The translations under genes and the position numbers were made by a program. From a virus: DNA of 58,634 nucleotides. The notes below the pieces were generated by a model. It searched no databases, was not told the origin of the DNA, and was given only the letters and a program-made list of their open reading frames with translations. The stretch is taken from IMG/VR virus record IMGVR_UViG_3300011244_000001. One strand, written 5' to 3'. Shown here one piece after another: positions 43,530 through 49,824 of the stretch. Positions within the stretch are counted from its first letter, which is position 1; each line of letters begins with the position of its first letter.

Positions 43530-43817
43530 CTAGACCTGCATAGCTCTGAGCCTGGCACATAGTTCCTCTGCTGCCACTTGAGCGGCAGACCAGACGGCAG
43601 GCGGAGTATTACGAGCAAGCGGCTCTGTTTTGCCAAGAGGCCATATACTTTTGATAAGAACAACGCATTGCCCATCTCTTTGATAGCCAATGAAATCAAC
43701 AGAGAAATAACCGCCAATAGATAACCAGCCTTGACAGTGACATTCAATCCTATCGATATGAACTTCACCTCTATCATCATTGGCCGACATTTCGACATTT
43801 AAGTATTCAATAACCAT
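43530..43817 (-). CDS. Hypothetical protein (95 aa)
   Basis: ATG 43817 (MVIEYLNVEM) is preceded by CGGCAGGGAAACATC (iterated motif acting as the RBS). The track start at 43877 is unlikely. Confidence 0.5.
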   Translation of the reverse strand: MVIEYLNVEMSANDDRGEVHIDRIECHCQGWLSIGGYFSVDFIGYQRDGQCVVLIKSIWPLGKTEPLARNTPPAVWSAAQVAAEELCARLRAMQV

Positions 43818-43886
43818 GATGTTTCCCTGCCGTTCTTGGTGATTATGCTGGGCAATTGATGGGGAATTACCAACCAATAACCAGAC

Positions 43887-43926
43887 AATATCACCAACAA
43901 TTTAATCAGAATATCACCAACAATTT
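43887..43926. repeat. Direct repeat AATATCACCAACAATTT x2 (period 23 nt)
   Basis: Perfect 17-mers at 43887-43903 and 43910-43926. Confidence 0.8.
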
Positions 43927-43934
43927 GAGAACAC

Positions 43935-43979
43935 TTTACCCACAAATTAGGTAGGAATTCTATCTAAGATGTGGGTAAA
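43935..43979. repeat. Inverted repeat TTTACCCACA ... TGTGGGTAAA (10-bp arms, 25-nt spacer)
   Basis: Arms at 43935-43944 and 43970-43979. Confidence 0.8.
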
Positions 43980-43991
43980 TTATGTAACATA

Positions 43992-44021
43992 TTAGTACCG
44001 GAGAGGAGGGAGGGGGGTCAA
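43992..44021 (-). promoter_or_regulatory. Candidate promoter TTGACC-N18-TACTAA
   Basis: On the minus strand, TTGACC is at 44021-44016 (part of TTGACCCCCC) and TACTAA at 43997-43992. Faces gene 43530..43817. Confidence 0.35.
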
Positions 44022-44215
44022 GAGTTGGGAGGAACCTCCCCCAAGAGTTGGGAGGAACCTAAGATGTACTCTCTTATTTCGTCAATAGCCTTGTACTCCG
44101 CATTATAGGCAATTAGGCGGCAAGGATCGGCATCATATGGGCGTTTGGTGGCCTGCATTGCAATATGTTCCAGTCTCACATCCAGGTATACCAGCAGGTC
44201 GTCAAGTTCTATCAT
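44018..44215 (-). CDS. Hypothetical protein (65 aa)
   Basis: Operon ORF. Its C-terminus (SSQLLGEVPPNS) is encoded by the 19-mer direct repeat. Confidence 0.45.
   Translation of the reverse strand: MIELDDLLVYLDVRLEHIAMQATKRPYDADPCRLIAYNAEYKAIDEIREYILGSSQLLGEVPPNS
44019..44060. repeat. Direct repeat CAAGAGTTGGGAGGAACCT x2 (period 23 nt)
   Basis: Perfect 19-mers at 44019-44037 and 44042-44060. Both overlap the 3' end of gene 44018..44215. A related GGGAGGAACCT lies at 48501-48511. Confidence 0.8.
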
Positions 44216-44535
44216 CAGTGTTTCCTCATCCCCTTGTAAATCTCAAGGATCATCCCCTCAATCTCAGCAACATCAACCCGCTCATCGTCCCATCTAACCC
44301 CATCCGGCGTACCTGGTCGGTAGTCGGGGAAAGCCTTGCCTACCATATCATCATGCAACTCTTGGGATGATTCTATAATCGTATCTCTAAGGGGTAGCCA
44401 TGACGTTATGCCATGCACAAGATTGTCCATGATGGTAAGGTACAAGCCCTCGTCATTCTGTAGCCACAAGGCAACGTTCCACGTCTCATAATTTTTCCAA
44501 CCGTTACACGTTTTATCTTCTAATGTTTCATTCAT
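44215..44535 (-). CDS. Hypothetical protein (106 aa)
   Basis: Operon ORF containing a WKNYETWNVALWLQNDEGLY motif. Confidence 0.55.
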   Translation of the reverse strand: MNETLEDKTCNGWKNYETWNVALWLQNDEGLYLTIMDNLVHGITSWLPLRDTIIESSQELHDDMVGKAFPDYRPGTPDGVRWDDERVDVAEIEGMILEIYKGMRKH

Positions 44536-44807
44536 TGTTGTATCTCCATTCGCTTTACAGCAACGATATAGCTATTAGCATCTTCACTAAAAGACACTAT
44601 ATCGAAGTTGTGCAACTCCCTAATCATAGCAAGCCCCTGATCTAGGCTGCCACTTGTCTCATAGTCATAGCCCTCGTAGATGCGTTTCTTTTCCCCCAGG
44701 AGGGGAAAGTCCGCACTTATAGATACTCTACTACCCCTACTCTCAGTCGGGCCATGATACCGCACCCGAATCAGTCTAACGTACTGCGGTCTGTCAATCG
44801 TTTTCAT
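44532..44807 (-). CDS. Hypothetical protein (91 aa)
   Basis: ATG 44807 (MKTIDRPQY) is preceded by ATGGAGAAAACA. Confidence 0.5.
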   Translation of the reverse strand: MKTIDRPQYVRLIRVRYHGPTESRGSRVSISADFPLLGEKKRIYEGYDYETSGSLDQGLAMIRELHNFDIVSFSEDANSYIVAVKRMEIQQ

Positions 44808-45183
44808 TGTTTTCTCCATTTGCTTCACTTTTTATGCTATACCAACCATCTTCGCCGTCGTCGCCATAGTAATCAAATGTCCATCCCTCTTTCTCGGCTT
44901 GCGAGAAATCGTCAGGATGAAGAAGCGCGTGATCCCTGCCATCATCAGAAAAGTCAGCAACTATATTCATTGTCTTTGTAGCTCCATGTCTTTGTAGCTC
45001 CATGTCTAGGTTATCAATCGCTTCTTGTGCGGTATTCCCCCGCCCCATAAGGATTCTTTCGTCCTGGCGGTACAAAGAGCGTTCTTTTAATATCGCCATA
45101 AAGAACGGGGGGCGAGCATTGGGGACGGCAGAAACCGACAAGAAGCACTGGACGTTATTGAGAAGAAAGTTATTCAGGTTCAT
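44794..45183 (-). CDS. Hypothetical acidic protein (129 aa)
   Basis: ATG 45183 (MNLNNFLL) is preceded by ATGGAGAACAAAAAA. Confidence 0.5.
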   Translation of the reverse strand: MNLNNFLLNNVQCFLSVSAVPNARPPFFMAILKERSLYRQDERILMGRGNTAQEAIDNLDMELQRHGATKTMNIVADFSDDGRDHALLHPDDFSQAEKEGWTFDYYGDDGEDGWYSIKSEANGENNEND

Positions 45184-45394
45184 TTTTTTGTTCTCCATAA
45201 AGCAACTGTGCCATCTCTATGACATCGGTAAGAGCATCATAAATTGTGCTACCGTAGCCGATATAGACCGCCCTTTTGTGGCGTTCCAGCACGGCAACAA
45301 AAGCCGCAGGTTGACCCCGTTCGGCTACATTACGAGCCAGTGTAACCCTCGTTTCCGTTCCCCGTAATGCCGCCTCTAGCTGTTCATTGGTCAT
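45170..45394 (-). CDS. Hypothetical protein (74 aa)
   Basis: Operon ORF. Confidence 0.5.
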   Translation of the reverse strand: MTNEQLEAALRGTETRVTLARNVAERGQPAAFVAVLERHKRAVYIGYGSTIYDALTDVIEMAQLLYGEQKNEPE

Positions 45395-45636
45395 TCGTTG
45401 ATCCTCATAGCGAAGTATGCGCCGTTGTAATAGATATGGATATTGTCGGCAGGGAAGATAAGCTCGACGGGATTGTCGTTGTTATAGACCTGATGGGCGA
45501 CGTTCTCCATTATGATTTGTAGCCGCTGGCGTGCTACCAGGACATTATGCAGGGCTTGTCCACTATCTAAAACAGTAGTCTCCACCAACTCTATATACTG
45601 CTCGGCCAACTCTTTTGCACGTAATACACTATTCAT
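45391..45636 (-). CDS. Hypothetical protein (81 aa)
   Basis: ATG 45636 (MNSVLRAKE) is preceded by ATGGAGAACAAAACA. Confidence 0.5.
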   Translation of the reverse strand: MNSVLRAKELAEQYIELVETTVLDSGQALHNVLVARQRLQIIMENVAHQVYNNDNPVELIFPADNIHIYYNGAYFAMRINE

Positions 45637-45728
45637 TGTTTTGTTCTCCATTGCTATATGTAGACACAGTATAAGGTATCTGAATCCTGTCTGCTGCATC
45701 CTGCTTTACATCCAGGGTGCATACCTGG

Positions 45729-46202
45729 CTACTCGTTGTTTTTTCCTTTTCTGAAATAGGTGTTGGTCAAGTCGGCATCGGTGAAATCCGCTTTGTCCAG
45801 GTTGCAATCAACAAAGGTAGCGTTGCTCAGGTCGGAGTTCCAAAAGCTAGTGCAGACAAACGAGCATCTAACAAATACGGCGTGCTGTAGATTGGCGTGC
45901 GTGATGCGAGCCTTATCAAAGATGCAGTCCGTGATATGCCCATAGCGGAAGTCAGCAAGCGCGAATTGGTAATTAGCAAAGCTCTCGGCATAAAGAATCA
46001 GTCGCTTCGTTTTTTGCTGATCGTTAGCATAGAAACTCCCCGCTAACTCCGGCAGGAGGCGCACAAACGCCCCCCAACCCCATTTTTGAGTGTCATACCC
46101 ATTTTGCCATGTCTCATTGATTAGCGATTGTGGCAGCATTGCCGGAGCGTTGGTAATGGCAACCCGCACGTCGTCGGGCATGATGATAAAATTATCGGCC
46201 AT
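45729..46202 (-). CDS. Pentapeptide-repeat protein
   Basis: The C-terminal half is made of A(D/N)LXX pentads: ANLQHAVFVRCSFVCTSFWNSDLSNATFVDCNLDKADFTDADLTNTYF. Confidence 0.7.
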   Translation of the reverse strand: MADNFIIMPDDVRVAITNAPAMLPQSLINETWQNGYDTQKWGWGAFVRLLPELAGSFYANDQQKTKRLILYAESFANYQFALADFRYGHITDCIFDKARITHANLQHAVFVRCSFVCTSFWNSDLSNATFVDCNLDKADFTDADLTNTYFRKGKNNE

Positions 46203-46389
46203 AGTAATCTTCCCTCAGTATCCAGAATTTTAGGCTATCAAACGCAGCGATCTGCGCGTGTATCTTATTTGCCCAATATGCCGCCTGCTCAACGTCAACG
46301 AATTCAAGCTCGGCGAGTTGCTGCACTTCCCAGGCCATGCGCCGGTCTATCTCCGCTACTACATCGCTTACCTCTAATTTCTTACCCAT
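46192..46389 (-). CDS. Hypothetical protein (65 aa)
   Basis: Operon ORF. Confidence 0.45.
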   Translation of the reverse strand: MGKKLEVSDVVAEIDRRMAWEVQQLAELEFVDVEQAAYWANKIHAQIAAFDSLKFWILREDYYGR

Positions 46390-46606
46390 TTTGTTCTATC
46401 TCCCTTAGCCACAATAGCAGGCTGTTTAGCTGATGAATTTCGCCCTCAGTAAAGCCGATGGCCTGGGCGTATGCATCATCCCCATACTCAACGATGTCGT
46501 ATTCATTGTCATCAGCGGTTGTCTGTAACACGTCGTGATGTTCACCCCGCGCTCTTGCTAACCGTTGCTCCAACTCAGTCCTAATTGTACTAATGTCAAT
46601 GTCCAT
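46382..46606 (-). CDS. Hypothetical protein (74 aa)
   Basis: Operon ORF. Confidence 0.45.
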   Translation of the reverse strand: MDIDISTIRTELEQRLARARGEHHDVLQTTADDNEYDIVEYGDDAYAQAIGFTEGEIHQLNSLLLWLREIEQNG

Positions 46607-46609
46607 TGT

Positions 46610-46993
46610 TTATTGTTCTCCCTCCCAGGGTAGCCACCCGTCCAGGAATGGGCGATCATCAAGGGGGGTATAGGTCGGCTCGTCGTCGTCGTTACCCTCA
46701 TCCCCATCCTCACATGACTCAGGGTAGCCTGTGTAATCCTCGATATTCTCAATCAATTCAAGCGCACTCTCAGCTACATCGCTCCAAGAAAGCTGCGGAT
46801 CAAGGTAGTTTAGCATGTCACGAAGCATATACATCTTACCTTTCATTTGCCCCGCCTGATCTTGCCACTGGTCGTAATCTATTCCACCAGTAGCGAGTGC
46901 ATTTCCGTATGTTTCAAACTCATCCCTAGTATCCTGAACCTGTTTGTTTGCCCAGGCCAACATTTGGCCGCGTGTTGTGATTATCATGTCCAT
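46610..46993 (-). CDS. Hypothetical acidic protein (127 aa)
   Basis: Operon ORF. Confidence 0.5.
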   Translation of the reverse strand: MDMIITTRGQMLAWANKQVQDTRDEFETYGNALATGGIDYDQWQDQAGQMKGKMYMLRDMLNYLDPQLSWSDVAESALELIENIEDYTGYPESCEDGDEGNDDDEPTYTPLDDRPFLDGWLPWEGEQ

Positions 46994-47004
46994 TGTTGTT
47001 TTCC

Positions 47005-47349
47005 CTATACGATGTCTAGTCCATTTTCCCTAATAAAATTTAATGCATCAATACCTATCATCTGCTTTGTATTGATAGTGGCCGTTCCCCATCCCTCAAC
47101 CCTTTCGCCCCAAAAGCTATCTAGTAGACGAGCGACCTTGACGGCATTGCTTAGGCCACGCACAGCAAAGCGCGTGCCGAGTAGTAACCCAAGCGGGTTG
47201 TAGGTCAAGTCCCAATTGCCCCGCCAGCCAGCTTGTACTCCGATGCTGCCTATCAGGTATCCGCACATCTCTGGTATCTCATCCTGCGAGTTATACGGCG
47301 TGAAGTTCAGTTGCACGCGCTTGCCGCGTTTTACAGTTGTTTTAGTCAT
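47005..47349 (-). CDS. Hypothetical protein (114 aa)
   Basis: First gene after the duplicated promoter copy 2. RBS GGAGAAACAACA ATG. Confidence 0.5.
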   Translation of the reverse strand: MTKTTVKRGKRVQLNFTPYNSQDEIPEMCGYLIGSIGVQAGWRGNWDLTYNPLGLLLGTRFAVRGLSNAVKVARLLDSFWGERVEGWGTATINTKQMIGIDALNFIRENGLDIV

Positions 47350-47390
47350 TGTTGTTTCTCCGTTTGCCCTGTTGGGCGATTGATAGCTGC

Positions 47391-47419
47391 ATTGTAGGCG
47401 ATTGTGGGGGCGTTGTCTG
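47391..47419 (-). promoter_or_regulatory. Candidate promoter (copy 2 of the duplicated promoter)
   Basis: The minus strand reads CAGACA (47419-14), 17-nt spacer, TACAAT (47396-91). The block 47383-47410 is near-identical to 40017-40045. Confidence 0.4.
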
Positions 47420-47446
47420 TGTTCTACTTTACAATCGGGGGGTCAA

Positions 47447-47647
47447 TTAGCCTACGTCGTCAATCTCGTCTAGTACTTCCCGATATGCACTAATTTTGGC
47501 GTATAGCATCGTGCGGTAATCGGTATGCGGTAAGCTCTCTAGGTATAGCTCCTCTAGTCTATTTACCTTGTTCTGGACACGATTCTTTAGCACACGCTTG
47601 TATTCATTAAGGCGCGTTTCCCTGGCGAAGTCTTTTGCTGTTGTCAT
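47447..47647 (-). CDS. Hypothetical protein (66 aa)
   Basis: Operon ORF. RBS TAGGAGAACGACTA ATG. Confidence 0.5.
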   Translation of the reverse strand: MTTAKDFARETRLNEYKRVLKNRVQNKVNRLEELYLESLPHTDYRTMLYAKISAYREVLDEIDDVG

Positions 47648-47821
47648 TAGTCGTTCTCCTATCTTGCGCTCTGTGGCGCGTTTGGTAATGCCTATAAGGT
47701 AGCAGATCGGCAGGGCAAAGTATACCGTTTTGGGGCGGTTCTTATCGTTGTCTCATGTTGTTAGGCTTAGTTATGGGGGTCAGGTCTACACGAAGTCGGC
47801 CAACCGGCAAACCTTGTCAGC

Positions 47822-47864
47822 GGAAATTTCCCACGCGGGGAATTTTCTGTGAGCATTTTCCGTG
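47822..47864. repeat. Conserved intergenic element, copy B (GGAAATTTCCCACGCGGGGAATTTTCTGTGAGCATTTTCCGTG)
   Basis: Paralogue of 43403-43445. Contains the perfect 10-bp palindrome GGAAATTTCC (47822-47831). Confidence 0.7.
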
Positions 47865-47911
47865 CAGGCGCGTATGGATAGCTTGTGTGGACAGGCGCGT
47901 GGGTGTGTGTG

Positions 47912-48394
47912 CTAGATGGCGTGGGAGTCGGGGAGAGGGTTACGCTTCATTATCTCCAGCGCGTCAGTGAAGTCGTCCAGGCTTAGGGCGCGTGCCAGAT
48001 GTTGGGAGGATTCCGAGCGCGGTAGGTCCACCATCTCTTCTTCCCCTGCCGCCTCTTCTGTGTCAGGCAGGACAAGTTTATCAGCAATGAGCAGCAACTC
48101 GGCCAGTGCGCGATTGAGGTTGGTTGCACGGATGCGAAGGGGGCGTTTGCCGAAGTAATCCTTGACGAGTATCTGACGTTTGCCGTCGTGATCTTTGTTG
48201 ATTACCACGTCGAATCGCTGGGTAAAGCGGTCGAGGGCTGCCAGCATTTGTAGCGGGAATAGCTGGTCGTTAGGGGTAGGTTCTGGTAGGAAACACCCAC
48301 AATTATGCTGGGTTAATCCAGGTACATTTTGGTATGATTTTGCGAGTAATTTGTCTGAGTATTCAGGGTCAATACCCGTTGATAATTGGTTCAT
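47912..48394 (-). CDS. Hypothetical protein (160 aa)
   Basis: First gene of the early block. Confidence 0.55.
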   Translation of the reverse strand: MNQLSTGIDPEYSDKLLAKSYQNVPGLTQHNCGCFLPEPTPNDQLFPLQMLAALDRFTQRFDVVINKDHDGKRQILVKDYFGKRPLRIRATNLNRALAELLLIADKLVLPDTEEAAGEEEMVDLPRSESSQHLARALSLDDFTDALEIMKRNPLPDSHAI

Positions 48395-48510
48395 AATTGG
48401 TACCTATTTTGGGGGAAGAACGGCAGGAAAAGAGGAGAGGGGGGTCAAAAGTCCGGGGGACCCGTTCCTTACGGGATTCTTCACCCCCCCCTTGAAAGTC
48501 GGGAGGAACC

Positions 48511-49371
48511 TTACGGCGTCGGATTGGTACCGCAGTCGTTGCCCGGATTCAAGCAGCGCGTCACCAGCTTTTGCAACGCTGCCGGTTCCCACGCATTAAA
48601 GAAATCCTGGTGCAACGTGTAGTAAGGCCCAGATGCCAGCGTGATAGTACCAATTGGGCCTGTCCCTACATTGTAGCGATAGAAAGATTCAATGCGCGGC
48701 AGCACTACCGGGTGAGACGACGGACACCTGCTGCCGTTAGGGTAGGCCATGTGGGACTTGTGGTCGGCACTGTCGAGGTTCACCCCATCCCAGCAGTTCG
48801 GGAAGCGCAGGCTCAGCACCATGACGCCCGATGAGCATTGTGTTGGCGGGCGGGGTAAGTCCGTGCCGCTTCCTGGGCCACACTTGAAGATGATGTCCGT
48901 CCCCAATTGCGGATTCTCGGCTGGCGAGTGGGCGTGGGCATTACCCACGATCATCTTTAGGCCAAGCGGGAACGGCTTCACGATAACACCCGATGGCGCA
49001 CCTTTGCGCCGGTAGTAAAACAAGGCGTGCTTGCTTGTGCCGGTCGGCAACACCCGCTGCCCATTCTTGTACACGGCAGGCGACCAGTACGCCGATGTGT
49101 CAGACGGCATCAGGCAGGTTGTTCCCCCGGCACGCAAGCTGGCCGCTGTGCTGTTGGCGTCGGTCGTCTTAGCGCCGATGAAGTCATGCAGGTGGGCTGC
49201 ACCTGCCTGCCCAGGGAAAACGATAGGGTCATCTGAGCGCGAGTGGGAGTACTGGCAACTGGTAATCCATCCGCTGTCGGCTGCGTGCGCGTCTCTAAAG
49301 AACATGATCAGGAGCAGAGCGACGAACGCAACGATGAGAAGAATTGTCATATTACGGTTATAGTTATTCAT
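48511..49371 (-). CDS. Secreted or membrane-anchored DUF1996-family protein
   Basis: N-terminal TM MTILLIVAFVALLLIMFF. DUF1996-type motifs DDPIVFPGQAGAAHLHDFIG, SAYWSPAVY, FPNCWDGVNLDSADHKSHMAYP and CPSSHPVVLPRI. Confidence 0.65.
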   Translation of the reverse strand: MNNYNRNMTILLIVAFVALLLIMFFRDAHAADSGWITSCQYSHSRSDDPIVFPGQAGAAHLHDFIGAKTTDANSTAASLRAGGTTCLMPSDTSAYWSPAVYKNGQRVLPTGTSKHALFYYRRKGAPSGVIVKPFPLGLKMIVGNAHAHSPAENPQLGTDIIFKCGPGSGTDLPRPPTQCSSGVMVLSLRFPNCWDGVNLDSADHKSHMAYPNGSRCPSSHPVVLPRIESFYRYNVGTGPIGTITLASGPYYTLHQDFFNAWEPAALQKLVTRCLNPGNDCGTNPTP

Positions 49372-49386
49372 ATTTAATCCTCGTGT

Positions 49387-49824
49387 TTATCGCCCTTCAT
49401 AATCGCTGCTGCTCGATTCGCTTGTCTTTGGTCCAACGCCCCCCGTGCGGTTATGATTTGTGCGGACGAAATAGAACGTTAAAACGACGAAAAGCGCGTT
49501 GGACAGGACGCTCGGAATCTCAAGGAACTCCCCCCGCCAAATGTTAATCGTCACGTTTAGCCCAGTGAACATCACCAGCGTAATGGCGATGATCGCCTGG
49601 GTGAGTTCCCAAATTCGATTGATGTCCCTTTGGCCTTGCTTGGTAAGGTCCTCCTGCTCCGTTGTCGTCGCTGGCAGAGGTGCGCCAGGCTTATGCGGCG
49701 CGGGCTTCACCTCATGCGTAATCACTACCTCGCCCGTTACCGGCATAGGTAAAGGAACCGCTACCGGGGGCGGCACAAACGCCTGCTGATTCTCTATCCA
49801 GACCTTTCCTTCTTCTTCTTTCAC
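49387..49824 (-). CDS. Membrane protein, holin candidate (145 aa)
   Basis: Pro-rich N-terminal half followed by two TM spans (AIIAITLVMFTGLNVTI and VLSNALFVVLTFYFV). GTG start after GAGGGGG. Confidence 0.4.
   Translation of the reverse strand: MKEEEGKVWIENQQAFVPPPVAVPLPMPVTGEVVITHEVKPAPHKPGAPLPATTTEQEDLTKQGQRDINRIWELTQAIIAITLVMFTGLNVTINIWRGEFLEIPSVLSNALFVVLTFYFVRTNHNRTGGVGPKTSESSSSDYEGR

Noticed and set aside
43440-43530. ORF 43451..43798 (-) and the His-rich peptide encoded by the GT-rich tract.
   Set aside because: It overlaps the better-supported gene 43530..43817 in another frame. The GT-rich low-complexity stretch is intergenic and paralogous to 47865-47911.
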